DNA from: Obrimoposthia wandeli
Taxonomy: Eukaryota
Assembly (NCBI GenBank): GCA_977020255.1
Contig: CDROCS010000998.1
Coordinates: 1-64,000, forward strand
DNA: 64,000 nucleotides
Direction of reading: 5' to 3'
The notes under the pieces are model-generated. The model was not told the DNA's origin, did no database searches, and saw only the letters and a program-made list of their open reading frames with translations. Shown here piece after piece: positions 1-13,040 of this stretch (positions are counted from its first letter, which is position 1; the number at the start of each line of letters is the position of its first letter). A program made the position numbers and the translations under genes.

Positions 1-345
1 ATCAATTGTGCTTCCCCCAGTTTCAGTTGCATATTGCTCCATTCGCTAAAGAAATAGCTAGATTCGCCGAACTTATAATTAGGTTTATCGCGTAACAATA
101 TGCGCACTTAATGCCATATCAAGTAAGACCTTTTACACCATATTCACTCACATTGGTTTTGCGGCGACATCTACTGCATTGAGCCCTTGCTTACCCGCTT
201 GATCTAATGCAGCAAAGATACCCACAAATCACGTAAGTATTTCTTTTGAGTATGAAAAACGATAGGAGCAAAAGCCAACTTTGAGCTTCTGTTTTTGCAT
301 CAAGTGCATTAAATGGAGTCGTTTTGATATAAAAGTACAGATAAA
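1..345 (-). CDS. SAM-dependent O-methyltransferase of the APE cluster, 5' part (frameshifted here, runs off window)
   Basis: Manual minus-strand reading across frames gives ...AKTEAQKLAFAPIVF...LRDLGIFAALDQAG...SEYGVKVLLDMALSAHIV..., typical of the APE-cluster methyltransferase N-terminus. Start approximate. Confidence 0.55.
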
Positions 346-535
346 TCAATATGAAAGCGAAAGATAAAATGTAGTTTGAGTAAATTATCATAATAAGATG
401 TTGTTCAAGGACAAAAAAATGATGAATTTCTGAATTCCACAATCAACACGCCACATCGCCTTTCTATCAAATGAATAGAATGTGACGCTGCGATAAAATC
501 TTATGTACGGTACACGCCCTTAAACGGCTTTAAAA

Positions 536-917
536 TTAAAGGGCTAACATCGCCAGCTTTTCTTAATGTCGACATCAGAGTTGTTTACCCAACGGTTATA
601 GTTACGGTGTATTTACCGTCGCTATACTTGAGGTTTCTGAATAGCATGGTCAATTGAGTAGGTTTTTATTGTATTCAACATCAATGACTGCATCATGAGA
701 TCGCTTAGAATATTCGCCACGAATAGTACCGGGTTTAGTTTCAGTCATTATCCAACCACGGCTCATGCCCGATTCGATAATCGATTGTTTTACCTGAGAA
801 ATTTGAAGGTTATAAGCAACACAGGGTATTCTCTATATTATGGATTGGTTGTACACGACTACAACCTGAAACCGCTAATAATATTGCAGCAATGGTCAGA
901 CCTTTAAGTAGTTTCAT
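536..917 (-). CDS. Small Vibrionaceae lipoprotein (frameshifted here)
   Basis: Lipobox signal MKLLKGLTIAAILLAVSGC; after frame changes continues to ...IHRNYNRWVNN...LAMLAL*. Confidence 0.6.
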
Positions 918-1078
918 TGTTTCTCCTTTTTTCTTAATAGTTAAGGAGAAACTTATCGGTGTTTTTTGTATTGTTAACAGATAATCAGTACCAAAAATAT
1001 TCACCCAGAGTGCAACTTATGGCGCATTCATTAATATTGCTGATAGAACTAATAAGCCAACGAGTATACAATACCAAA

Positions 1079-1805
1079 ATGAACAGTGTACATTTCAATA
1101 TAAATAATTTTCTCTTTTTATCTTCTGGCTTATCAGATCATAATGCGTGGCAAAGTGGGCTAGCAATCAAAAGCTGTGGCCAGAACCACTAACGCCTGTA
1201 CCTCATCATTTGATACCGCCGATGATGCGCCGTCGATGACACGTAAACTGGCAATGCAAACAACACTCGCATTAACGGAAATCATAAAGTTGACTATATC
1301 GTTTTGCCAGCCGCCACGGCGAACTCACAAGAACAGTGAAGTTAATGCAAGATATCTTAGTGGGTGACGATGCCTCGCCGATTGCATTCTCTCAGTCAGT
1401 ACATAATACGGCTGCAGGTTTATACGATAACCCAACCGAGTTTTCGCTCGGTGCTTGCGAGAACACACTTCATGCCGCTTTAATTGAAAGTGCAAAACAT
1501 GGCAGTAACCCTGAACATAACGTGTTATTGGTTGATTTCGGTGACCTCTTCCTGAACCCTATCAAGAATTTGATTCCGCAGAGCTAAACACGCCAACATA
1601 TCCCACGGCTATGCCTTGGGGTATGATTCTTTCAGGTGGAATGGCTATCCAGTTAACCTGGGAAGCTGGGCTCAAGAATAAAAACATTACAAGAGTCAAA
1701 ACAGCAATACCCGCAAACACTGAATGTAATCGCTAATTTAATAAGTGATAAACAAGAATGGACAATTGCTGCACCTCGCTTTTGCTATGGCATTGGAAGC
1801 GTTAG
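1079..1805 (+). CDS. Beta-ketoacyl synthase chain-length factor (multiple frameshifts here)
   Basis: Fragments RKLAMQT, DASPIAFSQSVHNTAAGL, TLHAALIE, VLLVDF match the APE chain-length factor; position at head of the operon. Confidence 0.7.
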
Positions 1806-1809
1806 CACG

Positions 1810-2614
1810 ATGGAATCTCGACCTCTTACAGTCAAACAAAGAATCAACAAATTGTAGCGGCGGTATTGCGACTGGCCTATGTTTTTTATTTTTTGGTTTA
1901 GGGGCACGCTTTGCCTTACCTTCATCCTTTTCCAATCTTTGACAATATCGGCCCACAACAATCAGCATCAACGTGAAATGCGTACAGTCGGTTATTCAGC
2001 AATCCTTTGCTTTTTTGTCAGGCTGGTACCGGCGCTATCGATTACAAATTTACAGGCGTAGAAACACTGCAGCAAGATCGTAATTGCTTAATTTGTTGCC
2101 AATCACCCAGATGCGATCGTTATGTTCTTATTGCCTCGTTAACACCACAGTGCGATTGTTTAGTTAAAACCAATTATTTGCTTTATAACCGTTATAAAAG
2201 GCATAGTAAAGCCGCGGGATATATACTTAATCGAGATCACAAGAAAGCAATTGAAGACTGCAATCAACGCTTAGAAGGTAGGGTTAGCTATTACTCGGCG
2301 TATTTCCTGAAGGTACACGTACGACACCAAACAAAACATCTAAACTTCAACATTAGGGGGCTGCACCAAATTGCAGTCAGAACAAAAACCGACTTACGCG
2401 TCATTCATATCACGGTTGCACCCACTTTTTTGACAAAAGAGAGATGAAATGGTACCAAGTTCCCGATACTAAACCCTTTTTTCGTGTTGAGTGAAGAAGG
2501 TAAGATAGCCGTTACGCTTTTATCTGTAAGGCTGATTCAGCAACATCGGCAGCAAGGCATGTTAACCGCCACGCTACGATGCTTTTCACCTTCAGGTAAT
2601 AATAAGCACTCTAA
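1810..2614 (+). CDS. Lysophospholipid/glycerol-phosphate acyltransferase (multiple frameshifts here)
   Basis: Fragments GIATGLCFLFFGLG, RYVLIAS...CDCLVK, and FPEGTR readable in an alternative frame (tttcctgaaggtacacgt); APE synteny. Confidence 0.65.
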
Positions 2615-2634
2615 TAAGAAATAAGTAGGCCCCA

Positions 2635-2894
2635 GTGGAACAATTACAAACCGAATTAAAAGAACTCATCATTGAAGCACAGCAACATGAGAGACATCAC
2701 AGTTATGATATTGAAAACAGATACCTCTTTTTTGAGTGACGGTTTAGGGGCTCAGATTCAATTGATGCATTAGAACTTGACAGCCATTAAGAAAAATACA
2801 ACATTATTATTGATGCGAGATGATACCAATACCGCGATCATTTTTCATCAGTTGCTTGCCTTGCGGAGTTATATTTCAAAAGAACAAAGCGTAA
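2635..2894 (+). CDS. Acyl carrier protein 1 (frameshifted here)
   Basis: EQLQTELKELIIEA...DSIDALEL (gattcaattgatgcattagaactt) phosphopantetheine motif. Confidence 0.7.
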
Positions 2895-2957
2895 CTAAAC
2901 ACCATACCTATTATAAGTAATGCCAACGTTTGTAGGCACAGAAAAAGCGTATACATT

Positions 2958-3216
2958 ATGACAGAAGTAAACCGTAACGAAGTTTTTCAACCAAGTGCGC
3001 GATGCATTGATTGAACTATTTGAACTTGATGCTGAGTGACATCAAACCTGAAGCTCAACTTTATCAAAGCTTGATTTAGTGGCATTGATGCCGTTGACCT
3101 TGTTGTTCACCTACAAATTTAACGGGTAAGAAAATTAAACCTGACGAATTTAAAGCAGTTCGCACCGTTGACGATATCGTTGATGCTGTCGTTGAACTAC
3201 TAACCTTCTTGAATAA
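2958..3216 (+). CDS. Acyl carrier protein 2 (frameshifted here)
   Basis: MTEVNRNEVF...IDAVDLVVHLQ...FKAVRTVDDIVDAVVEL; tandem ACP typical of APE clusters. Confidence 0.7.
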
Positions 3217-3790
3217 ATGCTGGCTGACAATACTGTCATAGTGCACTGTTATGCCTATCCATTAGCCGTTTACTACGGGCTTAGTCGTTGGGGCTCGGTG
3301 TCGTTGCTGGATTGCTAGTGGTACTATTTTTGCTTCATTATTGCGGAAATCAAACTCGCTTACCCGAACTAAAATACATTGCTTGAAATAAGTGGTGGGG
3401 CTGGTATCGTGCTGGCTTTGCCCGGCAGCTTATTTAAACAAGAAGGATGGTTTACCTTCTATCCGTTATCGTTAATACCTTAATGCTAAGGTTTTTTCCG
3501 AGTGATGCCAGTTTATGGCGAAAGCAAACAATGATTGAACGCTTTGCTCGCTTACAAGGAACCAGAGGTTACCCGATGAGTGGTATTCGTTATGCCCGTA
3601 CAGTGACCAAAGTTTGGTGTGGCTTTTTATCATCAACGGTTCAGTGCATTAACAACGTGCTTTATGACGTTAGAAGTCTGGACCCTGTATAACGGACTCA
3701 TCAGTTACTTGATTGGCTGGTTTGTCTCTTTATTGGTGAATGGTTTATTCGTCGTGGGTTAAAAAGCAGGAACAATAAAGCATTATGAAA
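3217..3790 (+). CDS. APE-cluster membrane protein (frameshifted here)
   Basis: Fragment YP.IVN..ML..F..S.....QTMIERFARLQ...Y.R.VT.VWC.F; synteny. Boundaries approximate. Confidence 0.6.
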
Positions 3791-5275
3791 GAAGCTTGTG
3801 CCATTATGACCTTAAAATCACTGACTAACTTGATGGCTCAACCTTGGCAGATACGCACCCGTGGCTATCGCACCGTTTAATTCTTCGGCTTCTAATAAGC
3901 GATTTCTAATAACGTAATGTCTAATAGCAAGCCTTTTAGTATAGCTTCCGGTAATATTATGGTCTCAGTTTAAGCTCCAGATGTTAATGCGTTAACCCAG
4001 CGGCTTACCGCCGGTAAAGCATCAACGTTGGGCTATTTGCTTTGAAGATAGCCCTTTTTTTTGCGGTCGCTTTTATGGCTGCCGCACACGCTAATCGTCA
4101 TCATCTTACCGGGTAACTACCAGCCAGCCGCTTTAAGCTGAGCTAACACCACATTTTGATGCCGTTTGCATGATGGCATGTTGTGAACTTTGTACTACAA
4201 ATATCGAGCTGCTCACCGTAAAGCGTCTGCATCGCTTATTATTATGAGTATTGCCTCTACGGCAACAAATAGCCCCCTATGTTACCACCATTGCTTCTTA
4301 ATACTATTTGTTTAACGTTATTTACTTCAGGATCAAACGGCACCCCAAAGCAATAGAAAAACACTCTCGTTACTCGATGCTGAAATTGAACAGCTTGATA
4401 CGGTTTGGGGTGAAAAGCTTTCAAATTCAACCGCCATCACAAGCACCGTGTCACATCAGCATATTTACGGCTTATTATTTCGTATTTTATGGCCATTATG
4501 TGTGGGTCGTACCACATTTGATCGTTTAAATGTGGTTTACCCAGAACAAGTCATCACTCACGCAAACCAAGACACCACGCTAATTGAGTAGCCCTGCGTT
4601 ATTAAAACGTCTAACTAACGAACACGAGTCTAAGCCGTATCGTGCAATTTTCTCATCTGGTGGCCCACTGTCATTCGATGCTGCACAACACAGCCATAAT
4701 CTGTTTTGAACAACGCCCTTTTTGAAGTTTTTGGCAGCACTGAAGCAGGTGGCATTGGGTATCAAACAACAAGATGCCACAACACGAGATTTGGTTACCT
4801 ATTCCTGCGATTAATATGGTGTTAAATGCTGAAGGCTGTTTACGCTTATTATCGCCTTTTATCGACCCTAAAATGGTATCAAACCAGCGATCAGTGCGCA
4901 TGCTTGAAGTGAGCGTACCTTTATGCTAAAAAGGACGAGCTGATCGCATTGTAAAAATAGAAGAAAAGCCCAAGTTTCATTAACCGAGTTGAACGGCGCT
5001 TATGCAGATGATTGGATTGAAGAGGCTGCGGTATTGCCATTGAAGAAACCAACCGACTGATTCTAGCGGCAGTGATCACATTGTACTGAAAATGGTAAGC
5101 AAACCATTGATACATTAGGCAAAGGAAAGTTTGGCTAAAATTACGGGCAAGCCTTACGGCAATCAGTCGAACCCGTTGGGGTGCCCGCCGCTTCACCGAA
5201 CCGTTGATGAAATACCGCTAAATAGCCAAGGTAAGCGTTTAGTACGAGACTTAGAACAATTGTTCATCGATTAAA
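3785..5275 (+). CDS. AMP-binding acyl-CoA/acyl-ACP synthetase (heavily frameshifted here)
   Basis: Motifs TSGS.G.PK (~4322), EVFGSTEAGGIG (~4723), GRADRIVKIEEK (~4933). Boundaries approximate. Confidence 0.7.
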
Positions 5276-5300
5276 TTAACACACGGTAGATAAGATCATA

Positions 5301-5652
5301 ATGATAAAACGTAAGCCAACCATTGTTGCTCAACACATATCAGACAATAGCGTCGAACTCACGCTAAAAGCTGATGCTGATATATTGGACTTTCAAGGTC
5401 ACTTTTCATCTCATCACTTACCTGCCTGGTGTTACGCAAATCGACTGGGCTATGCATTATGGTCAAACATTACTTCATGCCAACCCTCTTTTTGCGGGTA
5501 TGGAAGTAGTTAAATTTCAAGAACCTATTTTACCCGATAGTATCTTCACATTATCGTTAACATGGTCAGATGAAAAACAAAAATTGCACTTCGTTTACAC
5601 GTCAGATAAAGGCACACACTCTTCTGGTCGTATTAAATTGAGGTCCAAGTAA
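5301..5652 (+). CDS. Hotdog-fold 3-hydroxyacyl-ACP dehydratase, ApeI-like (frameshifted here)
   Basis: DFQGHF...LPGVTQIDWA...VKFQEPILP...HSSGRIKL across two frames. Confidence 0.75.
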
Positions 5653-7341
5653 TGACGACCTTTCACCCTTGCTTTCTCATACCTTGTTATAACCATGGTG
5701 AAACAGTACCTGCTGTTATTGACTCGCTTGCACCTTATGGCTTCCCTATTATCGTGGTTGATGATGGTAGCGAAACAAACACACAAAAAATCTTGAGTCA
5801 GCAATCGCAGCGTGACAACGTCACTGTTATCTCACTTTCAGAGAATCAAGGAAAAGGCAGCGCGGTTACCGCGGAATCTATCAAGCGTATGAACAATGTT
5901 TCAGCCATGCGATTCAAATCGACGCAGACGGGCAGCATAATTTAGACGCGTTACCCAAACTCATTACGGAATCGAAAAAACATCTTACAGCGCTCATTTC
6001 TGGTCAGCCAAATTTATATGACGAATCGGTACCTAAATCACGCTTATATGGGCGTTATGCCACGCATATTTGGGTATGGATTGAAACACTATCTTTCACC
6101 ATTAAAGACAGTATGTGTGGTTTCCGTTCTTATCCTATTGGCCGCACTATCAAGATATTAGAACGTAATCGTCTTGGTAAACGCATGGATTTCGATACCG
6201 AAATCATGGTTCGTATGTATTGGGACGATTGTGATGTTCGCTTTATTGATACCAAAGTGATCTACCCAGAAGGCGGAATATCTCACTTCGATGCATTGTG
6301 GGACAACGTGAAAATCAGCGCCATGCATACCCGCTTATTCTTTGGCATGTTGCCGCGAATTCCTAAGCTATTAAAACGCAAATCCAGCCAGCAACAACAT
6401 TGGTCATCGCACACTGAACGCGGCACAATCCTTGGTATTAAAGCATTGCTAGCGGTATATGCATTATTAGGACGTACAGCCTTTAATTTATTATTAAAAG
6501 CGGTTATGGCGTATTACTACCTAACAGGCAAAAAAGCGCGCAAGGCATCAGAAGAATACCTTAACCAACTTAGAAAACACGCCCAGCAGCAGAATATACC
6601 ATTACCCGCCAAGCTCAGTAGCTATAACCATTTATTGTCTTTTGGCCATACCATGCTGGATAAACTGGCAGCATGGCGCGGCGACGTTCTGAAAAAACCT
6701 AACCATACATGGTCAAGCATTTTGACAGCATTGTTAAACAACAGCGTGGCGTGGTCATTATCGAGTTCCCATTTAGGCAATTTAGAACTTTGCCGAGCAT
6801 TAAAAGCCGTCGTCATACGCATATAAAAATTAACGCGTTAGTTTTTGCGAACATGCTGAACGTTTTAATGCCGTCATGAAGGCTGTTAACCCAAAATCTG
6901 ATCTCAATCTTATTCAAGTCAGTACGCTTGGGCCAGATACCGCCATTTTACTGCAGCAAAAAATTGAACAAGGAGAGTGGATTGTCATTGTTGGCGATCG
7001 CACCTCTGTTACCAAAGAGCAACGTGTTGTTTGGGCTGATTTTCTTGGTCAACCAGCGCCATTTCCTCAAGGTCCATTCATGTTGGCAACCGTGCTAAAA
7101 GCCTTAGGTTTTACCTCTTATTTGGACTTAGGGATGATAATCAAAAGACACCGCACTTTGATGTCTACTTTGAACCTTTTAGCGAACAAATCAAACTGCC
7201 CAGAGGTCAACGTGAAGAAGCCCTTACCCAAGTGGTCAATCAATATGCAAATCGTTTAGAGCATTACACGATAAAAGCACCACTACAATGGTACAACTTC
7301 TTTAATTTCTGGCAGTTAAGTGGAAAAGATAATGACAAATA
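5652..7341 (+). CDS. GT2 glycosyltransferase / acyltransferase fusion (several frameshifts here)
   Basis: IPCYNHG...VVDDGS...NQGKG; MCGFRSYP; RMDFDTEIMVR; C-terminal HLGNLELCRAL, IVGDRT, WYNFFNFW. Confidence 0.8.
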
Positions 7342-8876
7342 ATACACAGCAACCTATTACCTTTGGCGCAGAACGTCTCACCATTGAAGATGTTATGTCT
7401 ATCGCCAATGGCGCAACAGCTGCCATGAACAGTACCCCTGAATACACCGCAAAAATCGATCGTAGTGTTGCATTTCTAGAGCGCCTTTTGAAAGAAGAAG
7501 GGGTTATTTATGGAGTAACAACCGGTTATGGTGATTCATGCACTGTCGCGATTCCACCCAACCTTGTTGATGAGTTACCACTCCACTTAACCCGTTTTCA
7601 CGGCTGTGGCTTAGGCGAAAACCTTGACCACCAGCAAACCCGTGCAGTATTGGCGACGCGTTTGTGTTCTTTGTCTCAAGGCTTTTCTGGCGTGAGTCAC
7701 GATTTACTTAATCAGCTTATAACGTTAATCAACCACGATATTTCACCCCGCATTCCTCAAGAAGGCTCTGTTGGTGCAAGTGGCGATTTAACCCCGCTAT
7801 CGTATGTTGCTGCTGTATTAATTGGCGAACGAGAGGTTATCTACAAAGGTGAAATTCGACCAACCGCAGACGTATTTGCTGAATTAGGCATTAAACCCAT
7901 CAAGCTAAAGCCCAAAGAAGGGTTAGCCTTGATGAACGGTACTTCGGTGATGACAGCGTTAGCTTGTATCGCTTACAAACGTGCCGAATACCTTGCTAAG
8001 TTAGCTACCCGTATTACAGCAATGGTGTCTTTGGGCATGCATGGTAATGACTTCCATTTTGATGAAGCATTATTTGCGGTAAAACCGCACCTAGGTCAGC
8101 AAGAAATCGCGCGCTGGTTACGTTCAGATCTTCAGGCCGATACCCCACCACGCAACAGTGATCGTCTACAAGATCGTTATTCACTGCGTTGTGCACCGCA
8201 CGTAATTGGGGTATTGCAAGATACGCTACCGTGGCTACGCCAGATGATCGAAAATGAGCTGAATAGCGCCAATGATAATCCAATCATCGATGGTGAAAAC
8301 GAGCGTGTTCTACACGGTGGTCACTTCTATGGCGGGCATATCGCGATGGCAATGGACACATTAAAAACCGCGGTTGCTAATATTGCCGATCTATTGGATC
8401 GTCAAATGGCGCAGTTGATGGACTACAAATTTAATAATGGTCTACCGTTTAATCTAACTGGCGCAGAAGGCGAACGTAAGCCTATTAATCACGGCTTCAA
8501 AGCGGTACAAATTGGTATTTCGGCATGGACAGCCGAAGCATTGAAAAACACCATGCCTGCCAGTGTCTTCTCGCGTTCTACTGAATGTCATAACCAAGAT
8601 AAAGTCAGCATGGGTACCATTTCCTCTCGTGACTGCTTACGTGTTTTGCAATTAACCGAACAAGTAACAGCGGCTTCACTGCTAGCGGCAACACAAGCGT
8701 TAGAGCTACGCAAACGCCATAATGAACTCGACGAGAATCACTTCAGTCCCGCACTGAAATCCATGACAAAATCGGTACTTAATGATTTCGAATTTGTGAT
8801 TGAAGATCGTCCGCTAGAAGGGGAGCTGCGTCATTTCATCGAGATGATCCAACAACAGCATTGGGATCTTTACTGA
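7332..8876 (+). CDS. MIO-dependent aromatic amino acid ammonia-lyase (HAL/PAL/TAL family)
   Basis: Intact ORF; YGVTTGYG, GSVGASGDL (MIO Ala-Ser-Gly), QDRYSLRC, GGHFYG, HNQDKVSMG. Confidence 0.92.
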   Translation: MTNNTQQPITFGAERLTIEDVMSIANGATAAMNSTPEYTAKIDRSVAFLERLLKEEGVIYGVTTGYGDSCTVAIPPNLVDELPLHLTRFHGCGLGENLDHQQTRAVLATRLCSLSQGFSGVSHDLLNQLITLINHDISPRIPQEGSVGASGDLTPLSYVAAVLIGEREVIYKGEIRPTADVFAELGIKPIKLKPKEGLALMNGTSVMTALACIAYKRAEYLAKLATRITAMVSLGMHGNDFHFDEALFAVKPHLGQQEIARWLRSDLQADTPPRNSDRLQDRYSLRCAPHVIGVLQDTLPWLRQMIENELNSANDNPIIDGENERVLHGGHFYGGHIAMAMDTLKTAVANIADLLDRQMAQLMDYKFNNGLPFNLTGAEGERKPINHGFKAVQIGISAWTAEALKNTMPASVFSRSTECHNQDKVSMGTISSRDCLRVLQLTEQVTAASLLAATQALELRKRHNELDENHFSPALKSMTKSVLNDFEFVIEDRPLEGELRHFIEMIQQQHWDLY

Positions 8877-8920
8877 TTTCAACCATCATTGATGCATGAT
8901 CAAACACGGAGCTTTTTTAA

Positions 8921-9358
8921 ATGACAGAACAACACCGTACTCTAGATGCTGACGTCATTATGGTGACATCTTTCCAGGATGCTGATCCTATGGGCGTGGT
9001 TTATCACGGTAACTACTTCCGATACTTTGAAGAAGCTCGTCGTATTTTGATGGAAAAAATTGCATACAGTTACCATGACATGATGGCTTCTGGTTATATG
9101 TGGCCGATCATTGATACGCGGGTTAAGTACGTTAAACCTATCCCGTTTAATCATCAAATCCGCATTACTGCAACGTTAACTGAATGGGAAAATCGCCTGC
9201 GGGTTGATTACGTTATTTACGATGCAAAATCAGGAGTACGGATGACCAAAGCACATACCATGCAAGTTGCAGTTGGTATTGAAGATGGTGAAATGTGTTT
9301 TGTTTCACCTAAAACATTCACCGATAAAGTGGAGACATGGCATGCTGGCACAAAATAA
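8921..9358 (+). CDS. Acyl-CoA thioesterase (YbgC/4HBT hotdog family)
   Basis: DADPMGVVYHGNYFRYFEEAR motif. Confidence 0.9.
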   Translation: MTEQHRTLDADVIMVTSFQDADPMGVVYHGNYFRYFEEARRILMEKIAYSYHDMMASGYMWPIIDTRVKYVKPIPFNHQIRITATLTEWENRLRVDYVIYDAKSGVRMTKAHTMQVAVGIEDGEMCFVSPKTFTDKVETWHAGTK

Positions 9359-10027
9359 TATCGCAAGTAGCAACATTCGCCCCCCACGAACAACAGCTAA
9401 GCGTTTATTACACAACGTCACTCTTGGGTTAAGCCTATGTGCAGGGCTTATCAGTTTTTCATCTAACGCGATTACATTGCCTGATCTGCAAGAGAAATTA
9501 TCGAATCAACCGATTGTTCGCGGCGACTTTGAACAAACTCGAAAAATGGAAATGTTCAATGCACCATTAATCTCACAAGGGCAATTTCTATTAGCAGAAA
9601 AACAGGGATTACTTTGGCAACAAACCACCCCTTTCCCCGTCGCCTTAATACTAACCAAAGACAAGTTAAGCCAGCAATTTGGCGACCAAGACGCGCAAGT
9701 GGTTTCAGCAAGTGAGAACCCAATGGTGTTCTATTTTAGTCATGTATTCCTGTCTTTATTTAAAGGGGATACTAGCCAATTAACCGAACAGTTCGAACTA
9801 GCATTAAGCCAACAGCCAGATAACGAAGGGGATGGCAATTGGTGCTTACACCTAAAGCTGCCCCTTTGAATGCAGTCTTTAAAACCATCACGATCAATGG
9901 TGATGCGTTCATTAACCATTTAACGTTAACCGAAATTCGTGGCGATGTGACTGACATTACGTTTTCCAACCAACGCACAACCCCTGCTGAACTGACTGTA
10001 GAAGAACAACGTGCCTTCCAATTCTAA
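9342..10027 (+). CDS. LolA-like outer-membrane lipoprotein carrier (one frameshift at ~9840)
   Basis: RGDFEQTRK...SQGQF...GLLWQQTTPF; continues as VLTPKAAPL...E.RGDVT.I.F in the next frame. Confidence 0.8.
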
Positions 10028-12406
10028 ACTTGCCTTTGCTTGGTTATTCATCACCTTGATTTTTATTGGTGCCTTAGGGTATCAATTGACCGTGCGCAAC
10101 CAATCCCCAATAGAAACCAACATTCTGGCATTGCTACCAGAAAATCGGCAAGATCCTATCGCACAAGAGGCCTTTGATCAGGTCGCGAATAGCATGAGCG
10201 ATAAAGTTATCTTTCTGATCGGAGGCCAAGATAAACAAGCGTTATTAGCGGCTTCTGAGCAATTTTCATCAGAACTCGCAACGGTGGGGCTATTCAGTAA
10301 AGTCACAGGCAGAATCAGCCAGAACGTACAACAAGCTTGGGGAGAGTTATATTTCCCTAAACGCTTTCAACTACTGACATCTGAACAACAAGCACGCTTA
10401 CAACATACCCCAGAGCTGCAAAAACAGCAGGTTCTTCAAGCTCTGTATAACCCATTTTCAGGGTAACAGGTAATGAACTGCGCAGTGATCCGTTTCTGCT
10501 CTTTCGTGATTTTCTTTCTCAGCTAACGAAGCAATCAGGTGATTTTCAATTAACCGATGGCTTTTTAACGACAGATTATCAAGGCAAAGATTACATATTA
10601 ATTACTGCCGATTTATCAGATTCAGCCTATAGCGTAAACCTACAGCACCAACTGCCAGCACTCACCACGTTAGAAAATAGTATTCGCCAACATTATAATG
10701 TCGACGTGCTGCACACAGGGGTAATTTTCTATGCGGCACACGGCACTGAAAGCGCTAAAAGTGAAATAAGTACCATAGGGCTAGGTTCGCTACTTGGTAT
10801 TATCGTCTTACTATTGGCGGTATATCGTAGCCCTTTACCGATTGCGCTCGCCTTGCTGTCTATTAGCTGTGGGTTGCTGTCGGCATTTGTATTAACCGTC
10901 GCTATTTTCGGTAAAGTCCATTTGTTCAGTTTGGTATTCGGTGCCAGCTTAATTGGCGTATCTATCGATTATGCCTTTCATTTTCTTACTGACCGCTTGG
11001 CAGCAGGCAAAACCTGGAATGCACAACAAGGCTTACAACATATTTTTGCCGCCATCACGCTAGGCCTAATTACCAGTTTGATTGGCTACCTTGGCATGCT
11101 TATCGCGCCTTTCCCTGGTTTGCAGCAATTATCTTTATTCTCTGCCATTGGCTTAACCGCAGCTTATGCGACAGTCGTGTGCTGGTATCCGATTTTAGCG
11201 CGTAAACCTAGCCAACAACGCAGTGCTTTGCCATTCATGCATACAATGACTGCATGGCTAAATTTATGGCAAAAACCAGTTATTCGTATAGCTTTCCCTT
11301 CCATCATATTCATTGCTGCTCTAGTGGGTATGTATCATGCCGATTACAATGATGATATTCGCCAACTGCAAGCATTGCCGACAGATTTGAAACAACAAGA
11401 AGCAACGATTAAAGCAATCACTGGCGTAAGCAGTAGCCAGCAAATGTTGCTAGTAAAAGCAGCGGATGAACAAGGCCTGCTAAACCAGTTACAACAAGTG
11501 ACACAGCAGCTTGATACGTACCAACAGCAAGGGGCATTAGGCGGATACCAAAGCATTAGCCAATACTTGCCATCTGAAAATACCCAGCGCGACAATTTCG
11601 CCTTAGTACAGCAGCTTTACCAGCAGCAAGGCGATGCATTAACCCAGCAGTTAAAACTCAATACGCCAGTAACATTGACGCAAACATTTACGCCTCTCAC
11701 CATTGATGATTTTCTGACGTCGCCCGTTGCTGAACCATTGCGTTTTATGTGGCTAGGTCAGTTACAAGGCACGCAATCTGCCATCATTATGTTGAGCGAT
11801 GTGCATCAACCAAAAATCATTCAACAATTTGCGGCTCAGCACCTGAATATCAGTTACCTTAATAAAGCGGATGAAGTCTCGTTACTCTTTGGTGAATACC
11901 GAGTACGAGTAACAGAATTACTGATTGGTGCAACACTGGCAATTTGGGCGTTACTTGCTTGGCGATATGGCATGGAGAAGGGTTTTTTACTTATTTTACC
12001 GCCAGTTATTGCTGGCTGTGCCGGAATCGCTGTTACGACAATGACAGGCGTACCGCTAAATCTATTTAACTTACTCGCACTAATATTAATTTTGGGGATT
12101 GGAATAGATTACACCCTATTCTTTGCTGAGCAGGATCAGGCTATTGATGCTAACGCTGAAAAAAACGCTGCATCGGTTTCGACCCACAGTACATTACTGG
12201 CAATCAGCCTATCAGCAGCCACTACCCTATTGTCATTTGGCTTATTGGCCTTGAGTGCGACCCAAGCGATACACAGTTTTGGCATTACCGTATTAGTAAG
12301 CATTATCGTGGCGTGGTTACTTGCCCCTTTGTCTATGTCGGTGCAATCCATGTCGGTTCACGATAAACAGACTAATAACACTCGACACAATAAGGCGAAT
12401 GAATGA
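10011..12406 (+). CDS. MMPL/RND-family exporter (one frameshift at ~10460)
   Basis: IETNILALLP; two TM blocks with GVSIDYAFH and GIGIDYTLF; frame break at a G homopolymer (tcagggtaac). Confidence 0.85.
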
Positions 12407-13029
12407 TGTTCACCCTAACGCAGCGATCAATCGTGCAGGCAATGCCATTCAAACCATTAGCGTTAGCCATGTTGGTATTCACCTTCAGCGGTTGTGCAAT
12501 GAAGCCAGAACCACAAGCCAATCAAGTCAGTATTGCACCCGATACATTGGTCACATTACCGACTGCAGCCCAATTGGGGTATTCATTAACCGCAAGTCAA
12601 TTGATCACTGCACAGTGGGCAGAAAAAAACCACCAACTACCCGTGCAACTGCAAGTCGATAGTCAGAAGCTGGCATTAGCAGGCTTTTCATCGTGGGGAT
12701 CTCGTATTCTGAGCTTAACCTATGAAAACCAGACCATTGAAGCCAGTGTCTTACCAGGATTAGGGGATACGTTGCCCAAGCCTGAGCAAGTGTTGTTTAA
12801 TTTAATGCTAACGCTATGGCCGTTAGATGCATGGCATAAACCATTAGACGATGTGGGGTGGCAGCTAATAGAAATAGCACAGCACCGCCAGCTCATTGAT
12901 GATATGGGGATGGTTGTCGCTGATATTAACTATCAGTCAGCACAGCACCTTGATGGTGACATTACCTTTATCAATCATAAGCTTGGCTACACAATTACCA
13001 TTAAAACGTTAGATTACAACCAACAATAA
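12403..13029 (+). CDS. DUF3261-type lipoprotein
   Basis: Lipobox FSGC; LALAGFSSWGSRILSL, QVLFNLMLTLWP; APE synteny. Confidence 0.75.
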   Translation: MMFTLTQRSIVQAMPFKPLALAMLVFTFSGCAMKPEPQANQVSIAPDTLVTLPTAAQLGYSLTASQLITAQWAEKNHQLPVQLQVDSQKLALAGFSSWGSRILSLTYENQTIEASVLPGLGDTLPKPEQVLFNLMLTLWPLDAWHKPLDDVGWQLIEIAQHRQLIDDMGMVVADINYQSAQHLDGDITFINHKLGYTITIKTLDYNQQ

Positions 13030-13040
13030 TAAGAAGTGCA

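Noticed and set aside
1-7300. Genuine pseudogenisation of the aryl-polyene cluster
   Set aside because: The lesion density gradient and homopolymer-type indels fit read error better; it cannot be claimed without reads.
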